From: Octopus bimaculoides
Taxonomy: Eukaryota
Direction: 5' to 3'
Assembly (NCBI RefSeq): GCF_001194135.2
Contig: NC_069003.1
Location: forward strand, 11,867,909-11,931,908
DNA: 64,000 nt
How positions within the stretch are numbered: the first letter of the stretch is position 1; every line of letters begins with the position of its first letter. The notes below the pieces were generated by a model. The model worked only from the letters and a program-made list of their open reading frames with translations, made no database searches and was not told the DNA's origin. Below are positions 24,745-37,962 of the stretch, piece by piece. The translations under genes were made by a program, and so were the position numbers.

Positions 24745-26475
24745 AGTCAAGGGCTTGCAGGGTTCCATTCCACTGTTGGGAAGTCCAGTTTCTTCTGGTT
24801 GGTGTCATATCGGCAATACAAACCATCAATTGCTGGCTGCAAATTGAACCTGGCTACCAAGTACCAACTCCACACTGACTCATCCTGTCTCCATGATCCC
24901 AACGTTGCCTCTATATTCGTGTACTCTATCACCAATCACTTTACTGCCCTGGCTGAAGATGAGATTGACAGTCGCAAGCTCTTTAAATTGAACATCAACC
25001 ATACCGCACGTGATGTTTTAGTAAACTTAAGATCTCTTTCCAAGTGTCCTTGGATTTCACTGCAGATAATCAGTTGATATGAATGAGCACTGCTAGCTCA
25101 ACCAGATGCACATCAAGGCCATCACAGATGACCAGAAGTTCTGGGTAGAAGGCGAGTGCCTGGAGGTAGCAACAAGGAACGACGACATCAGTCAGGTGTT
25201 CAACATACTCCACAGAGCCCATGCCAGTCCCCAGTTCAAGACAGCTCTGGTGAAGGATAACAATGGCAGCGTCATCACCACAGAAACTACCTGCCTTGAA
25301 CACTTCAGCCTTTATCCTCACCCACCTGACCCAATCAATCCCAGCCTAATCATACTGCAGACACAGCTTCAACCAACAACACTTGCAGACTTGATCCTGT
25401 CACCCCCACTGAAGTTAGTTCTGCCCTGAAGAAGCTCAACATCCATAAAGCTCTTAAAATTTGCACTATCACTGCAGAGATGTTGAAGTGGTTCGCATCA
25501 TCAACCATGTATGGGTTTCAGAGCAGTTCCCAAATGACAACCTGGGAATCATTTTCCCCTTCTGGAAATGGAGGGAAAACAAACTTGTCTGCAGTAACCA
25601 CATGGGCATCACCCTCCTCTCCATCCCGAGCAAGCTCTTCATCAGGATCCTTCTCAGCCAAGCTCTTCTCCTGCCATCAAAAGCAGATGTTGCCCACAAC
25701 AAGCTGGTTGCATGCCGAATTGATCTACTGCTGACCATATTTTTGCCTTTCATCTCAGTATTGAAAGATCTTGGAGTACCACATAGATTACCACCTTTGT
25801 TGACCTCAAGGTGGCATTCAACATGGTTGACCATGCATCCCTCTGGAAAATTCTCAAGTTTGTCAGCATGTCTCCTTAGATCATCACCCTGTTCCAATGG
25901 CTCCAGAACAGAACTGAGAGCTGTGTGTGGGTGAACAGGAAGGACTCTGACTGGTTCCCCGTCATCAGCGGGGCCCGACAGGCCACTGTGGCTGTCCCTG
26001 ACCACTTCAACCATGTCATTGATCACAAAAACCCTGGCAAAGTAGATTGATGGTTTCAATGGCGGAGCCCTGAGAATCAATGACAACATCAAATGGTGCC
26101 ATCATGTTTCCAACGAACAACTGCGTGTGTGCTTGCATCAGTCAGCAGCCTCCCACCTCATAGCTATCCGTCGCATGTGCTGGTATGGACATGTCTTCTA
26201 TCTGCCACTAGATCATCCTACCAGGGCCTTACTCTCATTCAATGAAATAACTACAGGCTGGAGAGGCCCTGTAGCTGACCCTGCGTCAAATGGCTGGGCA
26301 TAATTTAGGAAGATCTCCAGAGGCTCAACATCATCTTGGAGGACAGAGAGGCTGGCATGGGACCGCCAGCAATGGGGAGCACTGGTGGACCTCGTCAGCT
26401 CTATGCATGAAGCCTCTGGCACCACTAACCTGAGATGATTTCAGCCCCATCAAGCAAGAGTATGAAGCAAGCAAG
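24745..26475 (+). mobile_element. Decayed RTE-like LINE (RT and C-terminus, internally deleted)
   Basis: CSNHMGITLLSIPSKLFIRILL, FVDLKVAFNMVDHASLWKIL and RRMCWYGHV across several frames, with stops. Confidence 0.85.
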
Positions 26476-29400
26476 AATGTATAACAAAGGTAGAATGTTA
26501 CTTGAATAACCCTCATTATATAACTGGTATTGAAGGATGGAATCTCTCGAAATTGATATAAAAGAAAGGAATCACTAGTACTATGACGTATTACAACCCA
26601 TTATAGATTGGTGGTCCAGTAATTGCTTCGATTGCTTTAACCACATTATATAACTGGTGTGAAAGGATGGAATGTAAGCAAAACATGCCAACACAGGCAC
26701 ACACAAACTTACATGCATATACGTCTTGTCACATAATATTAAGGCTGTTCCCTTGGAAACGGACACTTACAACTTTCGGTATGTCAGCAATGGACGCTTC
26801 TGATTGGCTAAAATTATATAATTGTAGAGGCTTGTAACATTTTTATTTTTAATTTCAAAAGAAAGTCGGTGAGTTGGCAGAATTGTTACCGTGCCGGACA
26901 AAATGCTTCGCAGTATTTTTCGTTCGTCTTTACGTTCTGAGTTCAAATGCTACCGAGGCCTACTTTGCCTTTCATCCTTTCGGGGTCGATAGAATAAAGT
27001 ACCAGCTGAGCATTGGGGTGGATGTAATCGACTGGCCCCTTCTGCCAAAATTTCAGGCTTCGTGCCTATTGTAGAAATTATTAATTCCTACAGAAAATGG
27101 ACATCATTTTTGCTATCAGCATGCGAAACTAAATCAGTATTGGTGATTTGAGAAAATTTTAACAGATCCCGACTTAACCCTGTTAGACGGTGCTCCGGCA
27201 TGGTTGCAATCCACTGAGCGAACAAATAACAAGAGTGACTCAGGTTTTTCGGCAATAAAAATGTTCTCTTTCCTGCATAGGTTGTGGGCTTGAGGGTATC
27301 ATAGCTTCAGAAGTTTGACCTCAATAATCATTCAATCACAACAGTGGTTGAGATGAAAGAAATACCACGGGAGGGAAAGAAAAGAGAAATACGAACTAAC
27401 AAACGAAAACCAACCAACAACAATGTCGTAGCCCCCATCCGCGTCCCCTTCCTTGTCACCTGTGACAGTGAAAATAATAGAAACTAAACAGGAAATGGTC
27501 ATTGAAATACACAGCAATAGTATTTTATTGCCAACCTTAGTTAAATGAATATTTTTTTTTCTTTTCGTATACAATTACTGTGACTTGGAGCCAAACGAAG
27601 GTGCCTATATGTGGACGTTACGTTTGACTTGCTAGAAACAGCAGTCAAAATTTTCCTTAAGCTTCAAGGCTTAAGCAAGGTGGGTTAAATTGGCTAATGT
27701 ACTGGATACATTGTCGCTCGACCTACTAGAAATAGCTGCCAAATCTCCCTCAAATCAAATACTTTTAAACTAGGAAGAAAGGAATATTAGATTGGCTAAT
27801 GTAGCCAAATCTCCCTCAAATCAAATACCTTCGTTTTAAACGAGGAAGAAGGGAATATTAGATTGGCTAATGTAACCAAATCTCCCTCATCTCACACAAC
27901 CATCCTTTAAAAAAGCGCATAGAAAATGTACTTACAGGATATACGGAAAGACGTGTTAACCTGGTCTTTAATCCTTTTGTTACCATATTTCTATCAAAAT
28001 ACACTGCTTTTATTTCAGTTAATTTTGAAAACAATGAATGATTTAATAAAATAATTTTTCGTTATTACCCTGGTGTTTAGAACATAGATGATGACGAAAT
28101 TTTGATGGAAAGTTTTATTTTAGATCACTTTAACACGGAAAATTTGTAAGAAACTACGGTCTCAAAATCAGTCACAGAGCAGACTGACGGATTTATACAA
28201 CATTATTGAAATACACCACCTTTGTTTCAATAAATTTTGAAAATAATAAAGAACTTAGTAAATAGTTTGGTGTTTGGAACATAACATGAAATTTTAATGG
28301 CAGATTTAAATTTAGATCACTTAAATAAGCAGGAAATTTGTCTCATAGAACCAGATGTTGGTGGTTGAGGAGCAGTTTCAGGCAGGCCGGTATCAAATTG
28401 GTTAGTTGTAAGGTCTGGTCGATCTATGTTTGATAAATCGCAAGGCACTCGTTAATATATGTCAACTAGATTTGACAAGCAGTAAAAGCCAACAGGTGCA
28501 AACACAATTGGAATTCCAAACATGTCGTTTACTGGTGTGTAAAATTTGTGAACTCTTCTTTGATCCTGAAGTTCTGTGAATTAAATTGTTAAACATATGG
28601 CAGGAGAGGGATTTAACATGTCAGCTTGTTCTCTCCTAGAATAAATTCCACATACTTCCTGTCTTTCCTTCACTTATTCATTACATATAAACCATCATAT
28701 ATTTTACCTTGGACCTTTTATCGCTTGATTCATTGCACTGCGGCCATGTTGGGGCACTGCCATCGAGGGCGTTTCAGTCGAACAAATCGCTCCCTCCTGT
28801 AATTATTTCTTTAAAACCTAGTACTTATCTATCGAATTCTTGCCATACCGCTAAGTCATGGAAGTAAACAAATCAACCGCAGGACTTATTCTTTGCAAGC
28901 TTAGTGCTTATTCCATCGGTCTTTTACCGAACCGTTAAGTTACAAGGACGTAAACACACCAACACCGGTTGACAAGCGATGGTGGGGTACAAATACACAC
29001 ACACACATAAATATACATATATACGATAGGTTTCTTTCAGGTTCTGTCTGTCAAATCCACTCACAAGGCTTTGGTCAGTCCGAGACTATAGTAGAAGACA
29101 CTTGCTCAAGGTGTCATGCGGTGGGACTGAAACTAGAGCCATGTGGTTGGGAAGCAAGCTTCTTTATTTCATAAATATTTGCCATAAAGGCATTACAAAG
29201 AGGAGACGAACAAGGACAGACAAGCTTCTTACTACACGACGGTCTTCTTTCAGTTGCCATCTACCACTCAAAAGCTTTTGAGACTGAACCCAGAACCATG
29301 AGGTTGGCAAACAAATATCTTACCATATAGCAACTCCTGCGCAGAACGAGATAAAAAAAAATCCAAGGCTGTGAATAGTTTTCAGCCTTACAGCTGTTTC

Positions 29401-30967
29401 CGGGATATTTTATATATTCCATCATAAGAGACGGTGCGAGAAAATGGTTAAGCAATAGTTATTATAGAGAAGATATGAAATACAGAATGAAGTGGAAGAA
29501 TGAAAACAGACATGAGATACGTAAGGATATTGTATTTGCAGTTCCATTATTTAAGCAGAATGGAGTATATATGTTTCCTGTACCTTGTATGTGAGTTCTA
29601 AAGGTAACACACACACACACACACACACACGTATGTGCGTACATACATATATACAAACGTACAAACAAACTAGGTTAAATCAAATATTTTTATTTCATAT
29701 TTTAACTTCTAAAGGCAATTTCACTGTAGAAGTTAAAATATCTCACAAACATATTTGAAGTAACCTAAAGTTTATCTCCCATCACTGCTTCGCTTTACGG
29801 CTTATGTATGTGTATATGTATATATACGTGGTATATATGTGTGTGTGTGTGTGTATGTTTTATCTTTATTTGTCGAAAGACACCTGTTGTTATTTTCTTT
29901 GTAATTGTGTAACATTTTCTCCATTTTGTTGTACACTTTCACTTGCTTTCTCTCAAAATATTTAATGCTCTTAGCTTAGATTTTTGGGGCCAGCCAAATT
30001 TGAACAGTCTTAAGTGTAACCAGCTGAAATTGTGAGGATAATCTGGAAACTTGACTGAGGACAGACGGCTGCGAATGACCCGTTGGATCTCGGTTGTCAG
30101 ATGATGAAGGTTCCAATTGAATTAATGTGTTGGTGGCTGAACATTCTGTAGACGTGTGTACCTTTAACGTTATTTTTAAGGTAGATTTAGCGAGATACAG
30201 TGTTGTTACAATACTGTTTTTTTTAATACAATTCACCTGGCGGGTTTCTAGGTCCCGTCTTACAAGTGATTCACTCAGAAATTATGGCTCGGCTCAGGGT
30301 TATTGAAAATGATGTCTGCAGAGAGATCGAATACAAGACCTTGTGTTCGCAAATTTTCAAACCATTTGACTGTAGTGTATTTATGACATATGTACGTACA
30401 TACATGCATGTATGCATGCAAAGATGTTCTCTATTCCAAGCAATGTGGTAAAGCTTTGCGGAGGATATGTTGTTAATTTCTCGATTTGTCGCTCGCGTAA
30501 GCTGATTTGAAATGTATAATTCTCCATTCTTTTATATTTTCCTACTGTACCCTTTGACCAATGAATTTATTCGGTATTGATGAACTCTGGATCTACAAAT
30601 TGGACAGGTAGTGAAATGTAAATTTACGGACTACGTGGATTACAATGAATTTTCACTGGTCAATTTGGTTGGCCGAGTTTGATTCTTGTAGAGTGCTTAA
30701 AAAATATTCGCCTGGATTTTAAAACCCGTTTTCTCTTGTTTTTAAGTCATTTTCCTTTTGTGTGCGTGTATTTGGTTTAAAAAAGCCTTTAGCATATATG
30801 CAATGGAAGTCAGTATTCCATTCAGTCAAGCCAGTATTTAATTATTCAAAGTGTGAAAGAGTAGGTGATGATATCAGATCGTTTTGAATTTGTTATTGTA
30901 CATTTTCGCACTGTCGTTGATTTGGCTATGTAGTAAGAAGTTTGCTTCCCTAACCTCATGATTTCGG

Positions 30968-31161
30968 GGTACTACTAAAGCAGCACGGTCCCGAACGCGC
31001 AGTCGATCCTAACCCTAACCCTATCCCTAAACCTAACCCTAACCCTATCTCTAACCCGCGTGTGCAAATGAATACGTGTTTAGGGTTAGGATCAACCACT
31101 CACGACTAGCTAGCGCGGACGCGCGACTGCGCGTTCGGGACCGTGCTGCTTTAGTAGTACC
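30968..31161. mobile_element. GG-ended MITE (Mutator- or Merlin-type) with internal telomere-like repeats, nested in a SINE
   Basis: Perfect 38-bp TIR GGTACTACTAAAGCAGCACGGTCCCGAACGCGCAGTCG; 9-bp TSD TGATTTCGG (30959-67, 31162-70); internal CCCTAA-like repeats. Confidence 0.9.
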
Positions 31162-31929
31162 TGATTTCGGGTTCAGTTCCACTGCGTGGCACTTCAGGCA
31201 AGTGTCTTCTACTATAGCCTCAGGCCGACCAAAGCCTTGTGAGTGGATTTGGTAGACAGAAACCGAAATAATTCCCTCGTGTGTTTGTCGTTCGCCTCAC
31301 ACCACTCGACAACCGGGTTTTGCTGTGTTTATGTCCGCATAACTTAANNNNNNNNNNNNNNNNNNNNNNNNNNNNNNNNNNNNNNNNNNNNNNNNNNNNN
31401 NNNNNNNNNNNNNNNNNNNNNNNNNNNNNNNNNNNNNNNNNNNNNNNNNNNNNNNNNNNNNNNNNNNNNNNNNNNNNNNNNNNNNNNNNNNNNNNNNNNN
31501 NNNNNNNNNNNNNNNNNNNNNNNNNNNNNNNNNNNNNNNNNNNNNNNNNNNNNNNNNNNNNNNNNNNNNNNNNNNNNNNNNNNNNNNNNNNNNNNNNNNN
31601 NNNNNNNNNNNNNNNNNNNNNNNNNNNNNNNNNNNNNNNNNNNNNNNNNNNNNNCAAGTAATAAAATGACAAACCGTTTCCTTCGGTACAAACCCCTCCA
31701 CTCCTTTCTTTTGTGTGTGTATGTAATGTATCACCTTGGACTTTTTGACTTAAGCATATTGTATGTTGTTATTTGGTTGTCTGCGGAGGGAAAAGGGTAA
31801 GTGGAGGGTGAGGGATTTTATTTGCTTGAATGTTGTTGTTTATCTGATGCTGTTCATTGATTTTGGAGAGAAACCAAAAGGTTTATAGTGTAAACCGTGC
31901 TAACATTCGTACATTGAAATAGATCTATG

Positions 31930-31973
<44 letters not shown>

Positions 31974-32152
31974 CAACGCAGTCGAGAGGTTGCCTTGCCA
32001 AGTCTGTATTTTTATGTTATCAAGCATCCATCCAGACTATATTTATTCCCATAACTGAAATAAATGTCTATTTCTCTCACAATAAAACATAAAACCTAGC
32101 CTAGAAAAAGCAATTTTATTTTGCTCTGAGTCAGCCCTCCCTAGCTTATTAC

Positions 32153-32188
<36 letters not shown>

Positions 32189-32604
32189 ACGCGCGCGCGC
32201 ACATCTGTATCCTGTCTGCATTATAGAGAAATGCAATTTACTGTTTTTCTATATTGTGCTCTGCTGTTATTTTATTTTCCTCTTCACGTTTGTGAGAAGA
32301 CCTGTTTGTGTGTCCTTTGAAGTATTTTTCCCCCTTTTCAATCTTATTTTTTTTTCGTCCTTTTTTTTAAATCATTTTTTTTTCTTTTTAATCTGGCATT
32401 TATTTTTACTTATTTTTTTTTATTTTTAGAAATATTTTGTCTTTTTCTACCTTCTCTTCTATTTACGTAGCAATTTCAAAACATCTCACACAAATGAATG
32501 TTTTGGATTTTACTAATACAGAGCTGAATTGTCAGTCTGATCTATTATGCGTCTCCAATCAGAAAGAAAAACAACAACATCGATAGCGAATTCCCCTCCC
32601 TTAC

Positions 32605-32720
32605 CACCATAGTTTCTTGTTTTCTTTTCCTTTTCACTCTTTCAAGTCTTAGAACCGCAGGAAATATTCTGAAATAAATAATTGTAGAGTTGCTTTCGTT
32701 GTTAACTTGGAAACAAACAT
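32605..32720 (-). other. Candidate first exon of an unidentified minus-strand gene, ending ATG GTG|GTAAGG
   Basis: Purine-rich leader AAACAAGAAACT-ATG-GTG followed by a strong donor (32604-32599). No downstream coding exon was confirmed; the 5' boundary is a guess. Confidence 0.3.
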
Positions 32721-32892
32721 TAAATGTAGTATGAACAGGTAACATATTATTTATGTAAAACATGAAATACGATTCAAATCTTGTTTTGCTTTGCTGGGAG
32801 AGAAAGCAGTTGGCAAAACTATGACCAAAATGCATTATAGTCATGACCATCGCGCCGTTATTTCAGACACAGTATATCTAAAATATTCACGG

Positions 32893-33101
32893 GGCGATCT
32901 TTCGGTACTAGTTCCTAAATATCGGCCTTTTCCGTAAAAAGTGTTGGAGAGAAACAGGGAAACGACGTCATAACAGCAAAAGACATACAGACAGTGAAGA
33001 TCGTGCGGGTGTTACGGAAACGGCCGATCTTTGGTAAAGATCGTCAAAGACACTTTTTACGGAAAAGGCCGATATTTAGGAACTCGTACCGAAGGATCGC
33101 C
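32893..33101. mobile_element. GG-ended MITE with 8-bp TSD (Merlin-like)
   Basis: About 52-bp TIR GGCGATCTTTCGGTACTAGTTCCTAAATATCGGCCTTTTCCGTAAAAAGTGT (2 mismatches); TSD ATTCACGG at 32885-92 and 33102-09. Confidence 0.88.
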
Positions 33102-33579
33102 ATTCACGGATGTCGAGAATTGAATGATCACTTCTGAGCGCAGAAGTTTTATGTTGTGGAAATGTAAGGTTGGAAGTCGTGGGTAAACCTTCAATTTTTT
33201 AATAGTGCAACACGCTTGATGATGTGACATGTCTTTTGTGGCCTGCTTCTCAAAAACGTTGGTCCATACCCGGTCTAGGACTATTATCTAAATTATATGA
33301 ACTAACAAGAGAACCACTTCTTATTCTAAAGACGTATAGTGTATTTTGAAGGAGACTTAGCTACTGTTTTTGATAGATCGAACGACTATATAGAGGCTCC
33401 TCCTATTTGTCATTTGAAATGTTTTCCTTGTGCTTTCATTACCTCTAATATACCACAGTGAAACTACAAACATTGCAATTGCTAAAAGATTGTAAAGGTT
33501 TTGTTGATGTTTGGCTCCACATCAGCTTTGATGCGACACTCCTTTACAACAATCATGTGATGCTAAAACAAGGAAACAC

Positions 33580-33613
<34 letters not shown>

Positions 33614-35547
33614 ATAATGGGCTTCTTTCAGTTTCTGTAGCTTTGGCTAGCCCTGGGTTATAGGAGAAGAAAGGTACATGCCCAACATGCCATGCAGAGA
33701 GACTGACCCTAAAACCGTATAGACAGGAAACAAACTTCTTAATCATGCACCCATGTCTGTGCCTGTTACAGCAAAAACAACAAAAATAAACCCCAAAAGA
33801 CACCAAGTTGGGATGGTCATGGCCGAAACACCTTTGATCATAGATCTGCTTGATCAAAGCTTCGACTAAATAACAACAATGCAGCTAAGTGCAAGTTACA
33901 AAGAGTCAATATAGAAGCAGGTAAGTGGCTTGGTACTGTTTGCAGAAAAGGTATAGGTAGGAATTTGATAATGTGTTGCCTATATCGTTAGTAGGTTCTC
34001 ATAGTGATGCAATGGAATTTAGAGGTATGCATAAAAATGACTGGAAAAGTTAGTAATATGAACAGTCTTTGCTGCCTGGAGTGACAGGATTAATGGAGGA
34101 AGCAGGACTAATGATGATAGTACAATGGCTAGAGTTAGAGGTGGGTAGATGATAATCTGAAGTACATCTAACCTTTTTGGCTGCTTTGCAGCAATTGTAA
34201 GGAGTGTGGAAATGAGACTTTGGCTGTGTATATAAAGAATCTAAAAGCATTAGAGATGCACTGGTAGGTTGCCTGCAAGAAAGACCTAACAAGTAAGCCT
34301 CTTTGGGTCACACAAACTGCTAGAAATAGCAGCTGAATTCTCTTGAAATTACATCCTACCATCTTAAAGGATATATTAACCATTGTAGTCATTTATGTAC
34401 TGAAAGACAGGACAGTTATGGCTGGAATGATTTTGATCAGAGGAATCCACTTGATTAGGAGTAAACAACAATATAAGTGAAAGAGGACCGAGAATGTGGT
34501 TGGGCATCAGAAATATCAGCTGACTCTGCTTATTGAGGCATGTGATATGAATGGTTGATGTAAAATAGATGAAATAGCAATAGAAGGTTCTAGTAGTAGT
34601 AGTAGTAGGAGGAGATGATATACAATAGAGATGTGGAAAGCTACAGGGGAACAGACTTGCTTAACCCATGCAAGGATGGATAAATAAACATAAAATTGAT
34701 GATGATGATGATTTTGCTGTCACCGCCACTGCATGTGATGTATGTGTGACATCTTCATGAAAATAAATGGGTGGGGGCTAGTGATATTTCTAAAATCATC
34801 ATCATCATAACATCTACTTTTCTATGCTTGCATGGGTTGGACAATGTTTATTGAGGCAAATTTCTACAGCTGCATGCTCTTCCTGTCACCAACCCTCCCT
34901 GCTTCAAAGCTTCAAAAGCTCTTTTTAACCCCAGTTATTTATTTTTTAGCATATAGTCTTTAGACACTATCACCTTTTGTTCTTCACCTTATTAATCAAA
35001 ACTCATACTTTACAATTAGTATTTCAACATATTTTCACACTGGCTACATTCGACAGACATTGATATATATTTGCTGTAATTAATAACAAACTTTTCCCAT
35101 TAGCTCTTAACTTCACCAGTCATGCCAAAAAGCAATCTGTCTATGTTACAAACTGTACCGAATGGCCTCCCAGTTTACTTAGTCCTGATGTAATCATATA
35201 CGTTCATTTATGCATAGATCATGATATTATTACATCATGTCTTCCTTTCTATTATGCTTTAGTTGAAGAGTATATGATAGGTAGAAGAGGAATATATCTT
35301 CTCATTGAAAGCATTATTTGAAGTAACTTAATACACTACCACAGCTCTGTGTATATTGGAATAGGAATGGCTATGCGCTTAAGAAACACACTTTGCAATC
35401 ACATGGTTTCAGGTTTAGTCCCATTGTGTTGCATCTTGGGCAAGTGCTATTGGTCAATCAATGGCATGCAAGTGAATTTGGTAGACAACAACTGTGAGGA
35501 AGCTTGTGTATGTATACATATATACGTATCCCCTGCCCCTTCATATA

Positions 35548-35728
35548 TGAGGGGGTGTTGAAAAGTTCCTGGTTTTGGTTTAAAGAAAATACAGGAGGAT
35601 CAGAGAGACACATTTATTACAGCAGTCCTTCAGTTTTTCTAAGCCTTGTAAAAGAACTCAGAATGTTGGGTTTCCAGCCAAGCTTTTTGGTATATCCTTA
35701 AAGCCAGGAACTTTTCAGCACTCCCTCA
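35548..35728. mobile_element. Mariner-type MITE, 181 bp
   Basis: TIRs TGAGGGGGTGTTGAAAAGTTCCTGG / CCAGGAACTTTTCAGCACTCCCTCA, TA on both sides. Confidence 0.8.
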
Positions 35729-35824
35729 TATATATATAGATTGGAGCCTGGTGTTGCCATCCGGTTTCACCAGTCCTCAGTCAAATCATCCAACCCATGC
35801 TAGCATGGAAAGCAGACGTTAAAC

Positions 35825-35896
<72 letters not shown>

Positions 35897-35926
35897 CACA
35901 CACATATATATATATATATACATATA

Positions 35927-35960
<34 letters not shown>

Positions 35961-36847
35961 CACACATATATATATATACATATATATATATANNNNNNNN
36001 NNNNNNNNNNNNNNNNNNNNNNNNNNNNNNNNNNNNNNNNNNNNNNNNNNNNNNNNNNNNNNNNNNNNNNNNNNNNNNNNNNNNNNNNNNNNNNNNNNNN
36101 NNNNNNNNNNNNNNNNNNNNNNNNNNNNNNNNNNNNNNNNNNNNNNNNNNNNNNNNNNNNNNNNNNNNNNNNNNNNNNNNNNNNNNNNNNNNNNNNNNNN
36201 NNNNNNNNNNNNNNNNNNNNNNNNNNNNNNNNNNNNNNNNNNNNNNNNNNNNNNNNNNNNNNNNNNNNNNNNNNNNNNNNNNNNNNNNNNNNNNNNNNNN
36301 NNNNNNNNNNNNNNNNNNNNNNNNNNNNNNNNNNNNNNNNNNNNNNNNNNNNNNNNNNNNNNNNNNNNNNNNNNNNNNNNNNNNNNNNNNNNNNNNNNNN
36401 NNNNNNNNNNNNNNNNNNNNNNNNNNNNNNNNNNNNNNNNNNNNNNNNNNNNNNNNNNNNNNNNNNNNNNNNNNNNNNNNNNNNNNNNNNNNNNNNNNNN
36501 NNNNNNNNNNNNNNNNNNNNNNNNNNNNNNNNNNNNNNNNNNNNNNNNNNNNNNNNNNNNNNNNNNNNNNNNNNNNNNNNNNNNNNNNNNNNNNNNNNNN
36601 NNNNNNNNNNNNNNNNNNNNNNNNNNNNNNNNNNNNNNNNNNNNNNNNNNNNNNNNNNNNNNNNNNNNNNNNNNNNNNNNNNNNNNNNNNNNNNNNNNNN
36701 NNNNNNNNNNNNNNNNNNNNNNNNNNNNNNNNNNNNNNNNNNNNNNNNNNNNNNNNNNNNNNNNNNNNNNNNNNNNNNNNNNNNNNNNNNNNNNNNNNNN
36801 NNNNNNNNNNNNNNNNNNNNNNNNNNNNNNNNNNNNNNNNNNNNNNN

Positions 36848-36892
<45 letters not shown>

Positions 36893-36897
36893 CACAC

Positions 36898-36948
<51 letters not shown>

Positions 36949-37034
36949 GTTCAAACAAGAAAAACGACAAAAAAAATGTGAGGACATGATACAGATATTG
37001 TGTTACTGGATGCTCAGGAAAGGAAAGAAAGAGA

Positions 37035-37069
37035 ATTTGACGTTTCAAGTGAAGCTCTTCGTCGGAAAT
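37035..37069 (-). ncRNA. Minimal type-I hammerhead-like motif, second repeat family
   Basis: Minus strand reads ATTT-CCGACGA-AGAGCTTCACTT-GAAACGTC-AAAT: stem I ATTT/AAAT, short stem II GAG/CTT, loopless palindromic stem III ACGT, GUC triplet. Confidence 0.55.
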
Positions 37070-37907
37070 ATAGGAAAGTCCAACGAAGGGAAGACAGAGG
37101 AAGAAAAAATCATATGCATGTCTTTGTGTTTGTCCACTACCATCACTGCCACTTGACAACCGGTGTTGGTTTGTTTACATCCCTGTAACTGATTTGGCTA
37201 AAGAGACTGATAGAATAAGTACTAGACTTAAAGTTTAATAGTTATTCTATATAGTGGTGGTGTTCTGTTCAATTAAAATTCCTCAAGGTAGTGCCCCAGA
37301 ATGGTCAAAGTCCAGTGACTGAAACAAATAAAAGATAAGTTTTTTGTGTTGTTGTGACTGAACAAGCCTACAATCAATCATTCCAGCCATGATCATCCTG
37401 TCTTTCTCTCAGGCATTGTGTATTAAGGACTACATGATAGGATGTTTATTTTTTTCAGTAGATTTGACTGCTATTTCTAGCAGCTCAAGTGACTACATAT
37501 AGGCTCCCTCACTTTTAGGGAGCACTACTCAATCAGTTCTACACAATTTCTATCTATTTCAAATAAATTTAGGATGATGTTATTGTTATTTAAGCATGCA
37601 GAATACATCTTTTATCTTTTCCTTGTTTCAGTCATTGGGCTGCAGTCATGCTGGGACACCATCTTGAAGGGCTTTAGTTGAACAAATCTACCCCAGTACT
37701 TATGTTTTTTTTTTATGTCTCTTTTTTGCTGAATTGTTATGTTACGGGACATAAGCAAACCAACACTGGTTGGTGACAAATATAGACACAAAAACACATT
37801 CACGAAGACATATCTATCTATCTACCTATAGGTCGTGCCGATGCATGATGTTCACTCGTTCATGCATGCACAGTTTGCTAGCATAGTCGAATTTACTACT
37901 AGAATAC

Positions 37908-37962
37908 CATACCGATGAAGGAAATTGAGTATTATCGCTCATAATCCAGAAACGTGTCTCTG
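37908..37962 (+). ncRNA. Degenerate hammerhead-like motif, third repeat family
   Basis: CATA-CCGATGA-AGGAAATTGAG...CTCATAATCCA-GAAACGTGTC-TCTG. Core and GUC are present; stem II pairs 7/10; stem I has one mismatch. Confidence 0.4.

Noticed and set aside
27725-27890. Three ~65-70-bp tandem units, superficially like a repeat-spacer array
   Set aside because: The units are copies of each other with no unique spacers; a local duplication of a repeat fragment in a eukaryote, not CRISPR.
30045-30110. CTGAGGA-CAG-ACGG-CTG-CGAAT, and the related CTGATGA at ~41635, as possible hammerheads
   Set aside because: No GAAA, no valid NUH triplet with a consistent stem I, and stem II is not preserved in the second copy.
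33880-33926. Strong plus-strand donor GCAG|GTAAGT as a possible upstream SYCE2 coding exon
   Set aside because: The ATG frame stops before the donor, no convincing acceptor was found, and the phase does not match the phase-0 exon at 39639.
35781-37159. Long ORFs of 370-450 aa (and similar at 279-590, 16586-17415, 31220-31734, 39781-40479, 43111-43654, 48718-49275, 52677-53772, 55394-56560)
   Set aside because: They are open only because they cross N gaps and (TA)n microsatellites.
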